In this document: positions 28,371 to 40,158 of the stretch, piece by piece
Layout: each line of letters opens with the position of its first letter
Numbering within the stretch: position 1 is the stretch's first letter
Assembly: GCA_046563655.1 (NCBI GenBank)
Contig: CM102283.1
Location: 9,796,001 to 9,860,000 of the forward strand
DNA length: 64,000 nucleotides
Source: Yuukianura sp. NJ FZ-2021
Taxonomy: Eukaryota
Direction: 5' to 3'
The notes under the pieces: model-generated
What the model was told of the DNA's origin: nothing
The model's database searches: none
The model's input: the letters and a program-made list of their open reading frames with translations, nothing else
Position numbers and translations under genes: made by a program

Positions 28371-28439
28371 GCTGCTCTACTTTACACCAAAGTCTCCATT
28401 TCCAGTTGAAAATCTCCATTTCAAGATGAAATTTTCCAT

Positions 28440-28840
28440 TTCCAGTTTTTTCCAGAAATTTTTAATTTTCCTCTCATTTTCATCCTTCTTTTTCAAACCG
28501 TTCAAAAAACATCTCCCAAAGTAAAAATGATGACTTTAAATAAAAATGCAAAAAAAAAATCGAATGTGGTGAATTATAGTTGTGCAATGTTTGGACAAGT
28601 ATGGTTTGGAGTTTGCAAAAACTTGATGTAAATTTTTCATTTCCAGTTAAAATTTTCAATTTTTCTCTCATTTTTCCTGCTGGTTTTTAAAGTCGTTCTA
28701 AAACATTCATCATGGAATAAAGTAGAAATGATGACTTTTGGAATTAAAACAGAAATGTGAAAATTGAATGTTGTGAGTTGTAAATTGTATAATGTTTGAG
28801 CAAGTATTTTTTTGAGTTTACAGAAACTTGATGTAATTTA
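28440..28840. repeat. Degenerate tandem duplication of about 200 bp downstream of ASNS
   Basis: aaagtaaaaatgatgacttt (~28518) vs aaagtagaaatgatgacttt (~28719); gaatgtggtgaatt..caagtat..aaacttgatgtaa (~28562-28631) vs gaatgttgtgagtt..caagtat..aaacttgatgtaa (~28766-28836). Confidence 0.6.
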
Positions 28841-30544
28841 TCTTTAATTAATTCATTATTAACCCACTTTTGATTAAAAAAGCTGACTTTATTCCTGCTC
28901 CACATTGAAAAAAGGAGATTGTGCTTCTTCACAAATCGATTTTTTTGAATGGCGTCCACAACTTAAGTTCTGCGTCTGTTTGGAATAAGTTTGAGTATCC
29001 TTGACCTTAGCAAGTAAAAATCAAGTTGGAGTCCACCAGAGTGAAGTTGTTCCTGTTTCAAATGTTAAATGTCGGAGTGGGAACCTGTCCTGATGGACGA
29101 ACCTGATTCATGGGACGGTTGTTTAATAAATTAAGTTGAAGATGGTCAAGATGAAGTTGAGGAGTTAATGAATCGATGATCATAGCATTCCAGTCTGTCC
29201 CTAACCTTAGATCCTGTATCACTTCTCCACAAAACAACTGCCCGAAACGACAATTCCCAATGAGCAACAGTTACTAAGGAATTTTCAATTCAAATCAGAA
29301 CTTGACTAAGGAAATACTGCGAATTGTCAATGGATTCTTAGTTACGTGACTCGCACTTTTACGAACAAAATTGACAGTTTAAAACTGACGCTAAACGCAG
29401 TTAAACGAAAAATGAAAGTGGAGTGAAAGTTAGAAATTTACGGTGTTAGTACTTGCCAAAAATGACAAAAATTTATTACCTAATCTTTTCCTGTCTAATT
29501 TTATTTACACTCTGGAGTACAACTAACGGTAAGATTATAAAAAAAAAAGGGGGAAAAAATTGAAATGACAGTTGTGAAAAGTTGAAGGCCGCTTGAAGTA
29601 TTTTAGTTTTTTCAACGAAAGTTAAGATTTCCCAGATACAGATTGTATTCTTTGATTTGGTTGAATCCATTTAATAGGGTGGCAAGTAATTCGGTCGCAA
29701 AGTAAAAAGATCGCAAGTGATCTTTGCATTTTTTCTATTTCTTTACTTTTAGATGCTAAAGTTCAATGGCTGCTTGCAGTACTGGTGATTGCCAAACGCA
29801 CCGAGGAGTAGTTTTATGGCTTTAAAACTCGTATTTTTGTGATCAAATGTCAAATGCTAATTAACCTCCCAGTTTTTTCTTGTTTTTGCAAATCCGAGAT
29901 TTTGCAAAGATCAACAAGAATATCAGTGATAGAAGAAAAGTGGGAAGATGAGATCTTTTTGTCATTCGAGTTGTTGATAAGAGACAATTTGGACATAAAA
30001 TGTCAATTGACAACTTGAACTTTTGATGGCGATCATTAACCTTTGAAGTCGATGTGCTTCACAGTTTTTTCGAAAGACAAAGATCAAGTGTCAATCAGGA
30101 TTTAAACAATAAAGTTTAGCATCACACTCCCCCGAATTTACACCTCAATTCAATTTAATTTGTCAAAGATTTTTTTTTTGCAACGTAATGCAACTTGACA
30201 GAAACTGACATTCAAAATTGTTATTTCTTTGCACGTATATAAAATGCAGTCGGAAACGCAGCAATTCGAAAAATGAAATTCAAGTTTTATGAAATTGTCA
30301 ACTTTTATGAAACTGTTATGTTTGTTTCAAATCCTTTAAAAATTGGAGGTCAAGTTACCGACCGGTGAAACAGCTTCTGGTGTTTAGTTTCAAAATTTTG
30401 ACAAAAACCTCTCAACAATCTCTGAATCTCTAAATCTTTGAAAAATTATGTTCAAGTGACACTCCCTAAAATTTAAGTTTCGGAGCCAAAAAAAATCATG
30501 GTCATTAATCTTCGTCATAATTTTGAAATTTTGAAACTTTGTAG

Positions 30545-32374
30545 GTAACACGTATGACATTCCTCGGTGGTTGCGAGTGAGTGAAGATGAACTCGTTTGT
30601 CCAGAACCTACGGGTCAATTCAACCATCCCAAATACTGCGACTTTTTTCTCAACTGCTGGCAAGGTCACGCGGTCGTTGGACGATGTCACTTTGGACTCG
30701 TTTTCAATGAAGTCAACAGAGCTTGTGACTACAGGAGCAAAGTAGACTGCGGAAACAGACCAATTTCGGGTAAAAGTTCCAAAATTTTGGGAATTTTTTT
30801 CAAAATTTAAATTTTTGAAAGTTTGCTAAACCATTTTTTTTTGCTAAAGATGCTGACGAAGCTCCTGCTGCTTCTATTGATCCACAATGCCCGCATTCCT
30901 TTGGGACTTTTGCTGACCCCGGAGACTGTTCTCAGTTTGTAGTTTGCCAGGGGGGACTTGGGTCGGTTAAAAAGTGTCCTCAAGGGAGAGAATACTACAA
31001 CTCTGTAAGTGTCAATCAAGGAAACTAATTAACAGTCTACGCTAACTGTACAAACAACAATTAAAAAATCCATTCACTCAAAACCAGTTTTTAGGTCCTA
31101 GATGAATAATAGCATTCCTTTTTTGCTTCCTCAATTCCAAAAATGACAATGAAAATTAATCATCAAAAAATGGTTGAGATTTTCAAAAATTTTTGCAGGC
31201 CATTGGATCCTGTGATTCGCAAAGGCCTTCGGGATGCCCAGAAATTGGACAAAGTCCACCAACAGCAATTGAATCAACAACCATTCCACCAACAGCAATT
31301 CAATCAACACCCAGCACTGTCCCAATTCTTGGAAGTTCAAGTAAACCGCCGGAAGTGCCGGACTACGAAATCGGTGAACCAGCGCCTGAAATTTCAGCCG
31401 GGGGAACACCAACATTAGCTCCGACGACAAAACGTCCTCAAGCGCCGTTTCGACCGAAACCACCACTTGAGCCAGGCGTTATGCCACCATTTGAAGAAAC
31501 ACCATCACCACCACCAGCAGAACCAGAATCAAAACCACCACAAAACCAAGAAGCCCCGTTTAGCCCCAAACCACCATTTGTTACTGAGAAACCACCAGCA
31601 CAAATTGTCGAACCCCCTCAAGAAAGTGAACCCACAAACCCACCTCAAGTGGATTTCAGCCCTAAGCCACCATTTGTTCCCGCCAAACCACCAAAACCAG
31701 AACCAGAACCACCAAAACCCCAGCCTAAACCCCCTCTGACACCAGAACAAGAACCAGAAGAATCAAATCTCGCGCCGTCAGAAGCCCCACCTACCGGGAA
31801 ACCCTCAACAGTCACAAATTTAAAGCCCAAACCACCACTTCAGCCAAAACCAGACGAAGATCCCGCCAAACCACCACTAATCAACTTAGAAAATCTTAAA
31901 CCCAAGCCGTCTTTTAAACCGCCCGCTTCCGGTGAAAATCCAATCGACGCGCCTCAGGCGCGTCCTCCTCCACTGAGACCCGAAAATTTCAAACCACAGC
32001 GCCCTCCAGGGGCTGAACAGCCTGCTTTGAGCACCTCGACGCATGCTCCGATTGACGGTGAAGATGATCCACACATTCTGTTTCCATTTCTGCCCAAGTT
32101 CCCGGATCTTTTCAAATGTCCAGTGGAGACGATGATGCTGCCAGTATATGGCGACTGCTCTTCCATGATTGCTTGTATTGCTGGTGTTGGACATCGACTT
32201 TTCTGTCCTCCACAACAAACTTTTGACCTTGAACTGAGTCGATGCACTTCCAACGATTCTTTTTGTCCAAAGCACGCGTCCATTTTTATTAGCGGAATGA
32301 AAACAGATTCTCCTGATATCATCTATGCATATTTGCCTGTATCCAAATTGAGTCAATTAGTCAAAGTTAATTAG
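30545..32374 (+). CDS. Peritrophin-like protein: two CBM14 domains, a long Pro/Lys/Glu-rich linker, then a third CBM14-like domain; 5' exons not resolved
   Basis: CPEPTGQFNHPKYCDFFLNCWQG..RCHFGLVFN..CDYRSKVDC; CPHSFGTFADPGDCSQFVVC..KCPQGEYYNS; a linker of more than 250 aa with repeated PKPP/KPP; CPVE..YGDCSSMIAC..FCPPQQTFD..RC..FC. TATA-like TATATAAAA near 30236. Confidence 0.8.
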
Positions 32375-32839
32375 TAATTACAATTGTGACTTTAGTCTAT
32401 GGGTCAGAGGTAAACTAATTAGTAATTGAATAGAAATTGACGTTAATCAAGTTTATACTCTCCAACAAGTGAATAAAATAAACTATAATTTAGCTCATTG
32501 TAATTACTTAGTAACTAGTGCATAATTATTTAGTAATTAGTTAATAATTACATAGTAATTACATAATTACTTAATTTCAATAAATGATTCAGTTTTTAAG
32601 TAGAATTTGCCCAACTCTGGCTTAGGTGACGGTCGGTCTTATGCGGAACCTCTAGTAAGACAAAACGGCGCGAAGTACGAACTTGGTATCGGTTTGAAAG
32701 TTTCCGGTATTCACGATCCGAACTTTGTTTCGGTACCGGCAGAAACTATAATTTAAAGTTTAGTTTACAAGTTGATCTTTTCTTGATTAACGATTAATAG
32801 ATTAATTAAGGCGATTAATTAGTTAAATTTGAGTGGCTG

Positions 32840-33266
32840 ATGGCCCAGAAGAGGAGGGACGAGTGTCAGTCATTTGCTTGTGCCATTCAAGACTGTCTTG
32901 CAAGTAAGTGAAGATTTAAATTTCATAATTAGTAATCGTAGTTTGCTCTGATTGGAAACGTCGACTGTGATTGTTATCTTCGCTATCTCGTTATCTTTTT
33001 AGCATGTTGCGAGACTTTGGCACATCGCTTTTGGCTTGCTCATTCATGTTTTTCTAACCTGGATGCTGTTTTTTGCTACTGTAGAAAACAATTACCAACA
33101 GGAGAAGTGTGAAAACGTTATTGGACGGATGCTTGATTGCTGCGAAGAAAACGGAAGCCAGAACTATCCATCGTGCGACGGATTTAAGTTCCAAATAGCC
33201 AAACGACAGAAGTCTCGAAACGCATCAGCTGCTGGAGACATCGGCAGCAAAACACACACCAATTGA
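32840..33266 (+). CDS. CMC4: Cx9C motif-containing protein 4 (p8MTCP1-like), mitochondrial intermembrane space; 2 exons
   Basis: MAQKRRDECQSFACAIQDCLA / NNYQQEKCENVIGRMLDCCE...SCDGF matches the CMC4 pattern C...AC.IQ.CL..N.Y.E.KC......CC...C.GF. The intron spans about 32904-33084. Confidence 0.88.
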
Positions 33267-33481
33267 GACTCTCCCCGTATGACATTTAGCAAATGCAAAG
33301 CCTTGCCAGTTTGGTTTTCATAGTGGCTTTTAGATTAGAAATCAATAATTCAGTATGTGCTTAGCATCGCTGACAAGTTAACACTAGCATTCAGGAAGTA
33401 CTGCATACTGGTTATGGTAAATTCAAATTCTGAATTGCTCATTTACTAATTCTCACCCCTTCTGTTTTATTGAATTTCAGT

Positions 33482-33869
33482 ATGGAACGATTGAAGACGT
33501 TGATCAGAGGCGAACCTAAAGTCCAGAAGAAGTTCATCCGAGATACCAAAGGTCGACCGTACTACCTCACTTCCCTTTCATTCTACAAAAAATATCCAAG
33601 ATTAGTCGTCTTCGGAGGCGGAACTCTAGCATTTCTCATTACCTACAGTGGATTCTTTTACAACTTAATCTTCACAGAGTGAGTCACAACTAATCAAATC
33701 AACTAAATATTAAACTTATCACTTAATCATTTGTAACTTATACTTTTTTAGCCCTTCTACAGTCAATCCCGCTGATATGCTTTGGCGCAGCGAAATTCAA
33801 TCTGGAGTAACGAAACTAGAACGTTTTCGACAAGCCTTTGCAAAACCACCTCCAGAACAAAGTCCATGA
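33482..33869 (+). CDS. Unrecognised 104-aa small protein with one predicted transmembrane helix; 2 exons
   Basis: Exons 33482-33678 and 33752-33869 (gtgagt donor, tttttag acceptor) join in frame: MERLKTLIRGEPKVQKKFIRDTKGRPYYLTSLSFYKKYPR-LVVFGGGTLAFLITYSGFFYNLIF-TDPSTVNPADMLWRSEIQSGVTKLERFRQAFAKPPPEQSP. Confidence 0.6.
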
Positions 33870-33909
33870 ACAAATCAAATGAAAAAATTTCAAAATCCGA
33901 AGTTTCAAA

Positions 33910-34107
33910 ATGGACTCTGTTGTCAAAGCTAAGAAAAGACTGAGATTGTTTCCTAAATTACTTGGATCCTGTCTTCTGGAAGGAGCAGCTTACGCCAAAT
34001 GTGTTACTCAAACTGACGATCCGAAGTTGCATCAGTGCCAAAAGGAGTTCCTCATCTTTAGACAATGTTTAGAACAGGCTGCCAAGTCCAATTCAACTAA
34101 AATTTGA
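33910..34107 (+). CDS. NDUFAF8: NADH dehydrogenase (complex I) assembly factor 8, twin Cx9C protein; intronless
   Basis: RLRLFPKLLGSCLLEGAAYAKCV...CQKEFLIFRQCL matches the NDUFAF8 pattern RLR.FP..L..C..E.AAY..CV...C..EF...R.C. Confidence 0.88.
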   Translation: MDSVVKAKKRLRLFPKLLGSCLLEGAAYAKCVTQTDDPKLHQCQKEFLIFRQCLEQAAKSNSTKI

Positions 34108-34136
34108 TCATCAAAAGAACTTAAACATAAACCGAA

Positions 34137-35312
34137 ATGTCGTGTTTTGATTCCGTTTTGGGTCATCTGTTTGGAGGTTTTGTGTTGCGGATGGTCATGC
34201 TATCTTATGGCATGTACCAAGATTCAGTGAGTGTCGTTAAGTTTACCGATATCGACTACTCTGTCTACTCTGATGCTGCCCAGTATGTCGTCAACGGATC
34301 GTCTCCCTACAACCGTGAAACTTACCGCTACACTCCCTTGTTGGCATGGATCCTCACTCCAAATTCAACGTACCCATCATATGGAAAGTTCGTTTTTATC
34401 CTCTTCGATCTTCTAACGGCTTACCTCATCATCCTCATTCTGCAACGTCGCAATCCCACGTCAGTCGCAATTCGCTGGAGCTTCCTTTGGCTCTACAATC
34501 CTCTACCGATGGTCATCTGCAGTCGCGGGAGTTCCGAGTCCATCATCCTCGCTCTCGTCCTGGCAACCATCTTCTTCTTCCAGAACAACGCAACTTTAAT
34601 TGCTGGACTCATGTATGGATTATCTGTGCATTTCAAACCATACACTCTCCCCTTTTCACTGCCGCTGTACTTAGCCTCAGTCAAGATTTCAGACAAGGAC
34701 AAACCTTACTGGAAGTCTCTGTTTTGTTTCTCCTACCAGCGACTTCGTCTCGTCACTGGAGCTGTCATTGGATTCGGTCTTCCTACGCTCATCTTCTACC
34801 ATGTCTATGGAATGGAATTCCTTCAAGAAACGTACTTGTATCATCTCATCCGGAAAGACATCAAGCACAACTTCTCCGTCTACTTCTACCTCCTCTACCT
34901 CCACCATTCAGACGAATCACTACTGCTCAAATTGGCCACTTTTCTACCCCAACTAATTGTGCTCCTTGTAATCAGTTTCCAGTTCCCCTCCAAAGAACTG
35001 ATTCCCTTCACCTTCTTCCTCCAAATCTGTACTTTTGTTATCTTCAACAAAGTATGTACTTCCCAGTACTTTTTGTGGTACTTGAGTATCCTGCCTCTCC
35101 TTGGACCGAATCTGAAGCTCAAGTGGACTCATGCCCTTCTACTCTTTGCTCTTTGGTTCTTCATCCAAGTATCGTGGCTACTTCCGGCCTACTATCTGGA
35201 ATTTGAAGGCAGAAATACTTTCATCTACATTTGGGTGGAATCAATTGCTTTCTTTTCCGGAAACATCGGCATTCTTCTTCAAATAATCAAAAATTATAGT
35301 TACCCGGCTTAA
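34137..35312 (+). CDS. PIGM: GPI mannosyltransferase 1; intronless, multi-pass membrane protein
   Basis: VKFTDIDY (DxD motif); SPYNRETYRYTPLLAWILTPN; WLYNPLPMVICSRGSSES; YLYHLIRKDIKHNFSVYFY; FNKVCTSQYFLWY; WLLPAYYLEFEG. Confidence 0.96.
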   Translation: MSCFDSVLGHLFGGFVLRMVMLSYGMYQDSVSVVKFTDIDYSVYSDAAQYVVNGSSPYNRETYRYTPLLAWILTPNSTYPSYGKFVFILFDLLTAYLIILILQRRNPTSVAIRWSFLWLYNPLPMVICSRGSSESIILALVLATIFFFQNNATLIAGLMYGLSVHFKPYTLPFSLPLYLASVKISDKDKPYWKSLFCFSYQRLRLVTGAVIGFGLPTLIFYHVYGMEFLQETYLYHLIRKDIKHNFSVYFYLLYLHHSDESLLLKLATFLPQLIVLLVISFQFPSKELIPFTFFLQICTFVIFNKVCTSQYFLWYLSILPLLGPNLKLKWTHALLLFALWFFIQVSWLLPAYYLEFEGRNTFIYIWVESIAFFSGNIGILLQIIKNYSYPA

Positions 35313-36308
35313 TTTTAATAGGATCTTGTTGTTAGGAAGTTAGTGAGGTCAAATTAGTCAATTAATGAGTCAGTAATTTGTGGAAATGCGTGGAAAGTCT
35401 AGTAGAATTGCAAAGATTTAGTGTAGATTTAAAAGTATTGAGGCCGTTTAGTAAAATTATTGGTTTAATTGCCGTAGTTCAATAGTTATTAATTTAAATT
35501 GTAATTAAAATTGTTAGTGTGATTTAAATATTGAGATTGGTTATGAATTTGAATGATGCGATGTGATATGCGAGATATGAGGGGAGATCGACTTTCGACT
35601 GCTTTTCAACATGATTTGCTGCAAGCTTTTTTTTTGAAAAACACAACCAAAAATTCCTTGCAGAAAATCAAGACGAGCATTTTCTGCAAGCAGGAGAACT
35701 AGTACCTTTGCGTAGGTTTTGGTGGAGGTATATGGAGTCCATTTGGTATTTCCGAGTGATTAGTAACTGGACCGGAAGGATTTTGTTGTTCAGATGCTGT
35801 GACTACTGGTGGAGGAGCTTGAGGGAACAGGCTTTGGTAAATATTCGGTAATCACCACAGTGATATTGTTGACTGTCACTGGCTCACTGTGCACTTGGCT
35901 TCGGTCTACGTTCTTCAGTCGAGGGCGGCTATAAGTTAAAAATCACCAATTAGCAACAATTTCGTCCGTTCACACCGAATTAAATCCATCCGTCGAAATT
36001 TTTTCCACTGGATTTTCTTGTAGTGTGATGCGATGAGGAGACCAAAAGCTTAGTTTTTCAAATGCTGTTTTTATTTTGTGTATTAAATTTAGGATTTATC
36101 ACTACATGTTACCAGGAAATTATGAAATGCATTTCGACATTGGACAATGACGTGGGCTATTCCTATCTAAATGTAAAGCAGAGCGGATATCACACTCAAA
36201 GTGGTGTAAATTGGCGCATTTCTGCCAATTAAGCTTTTGATTATTTAAATTATTTGTAAATTGTTTTACTTAGGAAGATCGTATCAAAAGGAAATAAGTT
36301 TGGATGGT

Positions 36309-39038
36309 CTAATCTAGAAACAAGTCATTCCAGGGGAACGGTGGTATACAATGTTCTTCAGTAACAATCACTGAATCATGGTACTTCATCAATACTTCCA
36401 GGTACTCGTCCTTCTGAAATTGGAAATTTTATCTTTATTCACATATTCTCTTTTTAAAAATTTTGGAATATTAGGATTATGTGTAGAAAGTAATTCAACA
36501 CTCACCTCATTAAAATCCTCAGGATCGAAGACGAGTTTTTGAAGGCGTCGTAGTTGCCCAGTTTGGCTGGCGTAAATAACCCCCTTCCAGCACTCAATTT
36601 TCAGGAACGATATGAACTTCAAATGTGTCAGTACTAGTAAAAGCAAACAACATTTGTCAATACATGCACCGCAACGTGAACGATCATTTTGTATTTCTGG
36701 ATGGATTTTTTTTTGGCGTTTACAACGGTTTACTAATTTATCGATCAAAAAATTAAAAGATAAAAAGCTGTATTATAAAAATTGATGACTTACACGGCAA
36801 ATTTCGAAAAGAATCAATTGACTCGGAAGTTTTCTCAACTACTGGCAGAGAATTGGTGATGTCGCCATTCGAAATGTATTCAGCTCCGTTGGTTAGGTGG
36901 TTCCAGTGTTTAAATTGAAGTTCACGAATATCATCAGGTTCATTTGCTTCAGAATGGACATAAATGTGCAGTTTCTGAACCTTTGGAAACTGGAAAATCC
37001 CTTTCAATGTTTCAGAGGCAACGCACAATTCAGTAACGTTGGGCAGTACGGAAGGCCAATGTTGACGCTCTTGGTCCGTTTTCAAGTAGATATTTGCGTA
37101 TTTCACATTTGGAAAAACACATCCAGCAAACATGAACTTATCCGTCGTTCCACGATATATGCAGTCGAGCGATGTTAGAGCTGGAAATTCCACCGTGTGA
37201 CGTAAAGTGACTGATTCGTATGGGAAATAAAGTTCCAGACATTGAACATTTGCGAGGGAACGGAGTGGTAGTTCAATTGGACCAATGTAGTGGTTATGAC
37301 CATTGTCGTCTCTCCAGAAGTGGAGACATTCTACATATAATCTGCGCAAAGATGTCAGCTTTGGAATCCATTTTGAAATAATTTCCAGGGTTTGAGCTAC
37401 ACTTCCAGAACTGGGATCCCGTGGAATCAAGAATAATTCCAAGTTGAGAATTTTGAATTTCGTTGAAACTGCAACCAAGTTTTCGAGGTCACTGATGTTC
37501 ACCTCTGGAAAGTGAATAATCAGATGCAACTTTTGAATGTGGACGATTCTATTGATTTTGAAGAGATGGTTTAAGATGTTTGGCGCAAGAGTACGGTATG
37601 ATGTCTCATGATAGTGTAAATCTCCAACACATTGGATTGAAACGTTCCGAAGATTTGGAGCCTTTTGCAGAAGAACCAGAAGATTATTGAAATCCACTTT
37701 GTCCATAGAATCGTCGGCTTGGATCTTGATTGTTTTTAACTTTCTGAGTGCAGGCATTTCCAGAATATTGGCCATTTCCTCTTTCACAGTTGGCACAGTT
37801 CCCTCTTCCCCAATTCGATAACGGATTTTTTCTACATTTTCGCATGTTTCCAACAGGATTTGGAAGTTGTTGAACAGAGAATTCTGTTTTAGCGGTTGCC
37901 GGCAGGACATCCAAATTCGCCAGCATTTAACAATCCTTCCAAACTGGACACAAAACTCTTCCAGTGGCTCCCCATACGCGGAGAGATGTTGCGAAAATCC
38001 AAACTTTTTGAACGGAACGACCGTTTCGTTTTGTCCAAACACCGAAATAAACTTGACAATGTCAGAGTCTTCTGTAAAGTTCACTCGAAACAACTTGGTC
38101 ATACATGTCGTTGCTAGTTGGTTGAAGCGGTGATTGACCAGGCGCAACTTTGGAATTTCTTGCTTCCTCAAACAACCGATGATTTGAAGCACAATCTGAA
38201 ACACAATAAGATTGTTAATCATTTGAAGTCAACAAGAACGTGTCTAATTTTAACTTTTTTGTATGTCAAATGTTGTTCGAGCTGAGATTCTTGTTGTATA
38301 AAAATACGTCTTGGATGTTTAAAATAACGTTATTCAGTGGAATGCAAAACCAAAAGACAGTGCCAAAATATCCGCATATTCCCTGTCAACCTGTGTAGAG
38401 TCTAATTTGTTTCAAGGTCGAAGATTGCAATAGTTTTTACAACTAGGAGCCAAGTTGACCTTACCTCGTTTGGAATGGAATCCATGTTGGCACTGGCAGT
38501 GGAACACAAACGACCAGGATCACTTGCGAGAGACGGAGTCGTTGTTGTGACTTTTTCCAATTTTGCGGGTACTGGTTTTGACGATGAAGCTGACGACGAA
38601 GGAACTGATGTTGAAGATGCCACAGTCGTTCCTAATGTTGCTTCTTCATTGCTATTCCCAAAGGCCAAGGTCTTCGACTAGAATAATTACAAAAGCAATT
38701 ACCAATTGAATTTAGGTCAGTTTATGAAATGAAACTCACTTTTTCATGAGCAACCTTGGCATGCCTCAGAATGGCAATAATGTCTCCCATAGCAGTGATT
38801 TCCATATCGCGGAGACACTCTTTCGTAAGATCCAGGAGCATGTCCGGTTTAATCCGATTGTCTTCAAACACCAACGCATATTTGGTGTCGAAAGTGGGTA
38901 GAATTCCAGCATTCCTGAAGAAGTCCAACCAGAAGGCTAAACAAGACAAAATATCAAATTAAAACAAATTGAATTCCCAAACTAATTCGTAAATCAGTGG
39001 AAATTCTTACCATATAACTTTCCCTTTTCAGCAGACAT
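36309..39038 (-). CDS. Chimeric gene: C19orf47-derived SAM-like N-terminus fused to an F-box / LRR-like protein
   Basis: Predicted exons 39038-39011, ~38936-38740, ~38677-38465, 38195-36794, ~36633-36506 and ~36414-36309 join in frame. The duplicated C19orf47 exons run into ...PSLASDPGRLCSTASAN-MDSIPNE|IVLQIIGCLRKQEIPKLRLVNHRFNQLA (F-box), followed by LRR-like repeats (PALRKLKTIKI, APNLRNVSI, LTSLRRLYV, FPALTSL, FPNVK, LPNVTEL). Confidence 0.75.
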
Positions 39039-40158
39039 GTTAAGGCTAGTAGATCTTGACTTGAGGACGTAGACGTTGACCTACCGGTAGAAACCTTATA
39101 AGATGCTTTGTGTGACGAAGTGGTTCTTAGTTTGATGGAGCAGATTGGAAAATGAAATGGAATGCAACGCGAATGTTATACGGAACACCACGAACGATTG
39201 ATTCAACGTCACTTGCTGTTGATAGTTCCCGGAAGATTACTAAAATAACTTTCAGTTAACTCAAGGTAAATAGAATAGTAAAGGAGTTAACTATGTTAAT
39301 TCGGTTTCAAATTTAACCAATAATAGTGTCATTTAAAACATCGCAGCGTTAAAATTCAAACTTGTATCGCGAATCGCTATTGGTTGGATTAGTTCTGACA
39401 AATCTGACAGTTCTTAGGATTAGTTGACTCATTCCTCGTTGACGTTTCGATCATCAGCTGGGCCAATTAAGATTTTGTTTCTAAAGTTTCATTTCTCATT
39501 TAGCATCTCCCTTCTAATTAATCGATTAACTTCTACGCAGCTGTTGATGTTACATTCCATCATCAGCATCTTATAAGGTTTCTACCGATAGGTCAACGTC
39601 TACGTCCTCAAGTCAAGATCTAACTAGCCTTAACATGTCTGCTGAAAAGGGAAAGTTATATGGTAAGAATTTCCACTGATTTACGAATTAGTTTGGGAAT
39701 TCAATTTGTTTTAATTTCATATTTTGTCTTGTTTAGCCTTCTGGTTGGACTTCTTCAGGAATGCTGGAATTCTACCCACTTTCGACACCAAATATGCGTT
39801 GGTGTTTGAAGACAATCGGATTAAACCGGACATGCTCCTGGATCTTACGAAAGAGTGTCTCCGCGATATGGAAATCACTGCTATGGGAGACATTATTGCC
39901 ATTCTGAGGCATGCCAAGGTTGCTCATGAAAAAGTGAGTTTCATTTCATAAACTGACCTAAATTCAATTGGTAATTGCTTTTGTAATGATTCTAGTCGAA
40001 GACCTTGGCCTTTGGGAATAGCAATGAAGAAGCAAATAACGAAACAGCAGGAACGACTGTGGCATCTTCAACATCAGTTCCTTCGTCGTCAGCTTCATCG
40101 TCAAAACCAGTACCGGCAAAATTGGAAAAAGTCACAACAACGACCCCGTCTCTCGCAA
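38524..40158. repeat. Near-perfect inverted duplication: arms ~38524-39107 and ~39565-40158 (about 0.59 kb), spacer about 457 bp
   Basis: ORFs 38722..38949(-) and 39724..39951(+) translate identically, and the 5'UTR and introns also match. Visible differences are scattered substitutions, a 1-bp UTR indel and a 9-bp in-frame indel (EEATLGTT vs EEANNETAGTT). Confidence 0.97.
39108..39564. promoter_or_regulatory. Putative bidirectional promoter between the chimeric F-box gene and C19orf47
   Basis: Divergent ATGs at 39038 and 39635; CAGCTG E-boxes at ~39455 and ~39538; ATTGG (CCAAT-like) at ~39379 and CCAAT at ~39463. Confidence 0.5.

Noticed and set aside
29750-30380. Candidate signal-peptide exons for the CBM14 gene (AKVQWLLAVLVIAK; VKLPTGETASG)
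   Set aside because: I could not join them to an ATG with consistent splice phases, so the 5' end is left unresolved.
31467-31750. His/Gln-rich and Trp/Phe-rich ORFs over the CBM14 linker
   Set aside because: These are alternative-frame and antisense readings of CCA/AAA-rich PKPP codons.
34346-35206. 286-aa overlapping ORF within PIG-M in another frame
   Set aside because: No recognisable motifs. It is explained by the pyrimidine-rich codons of a hydrophobic protein suppressing stops in a shifted frame.
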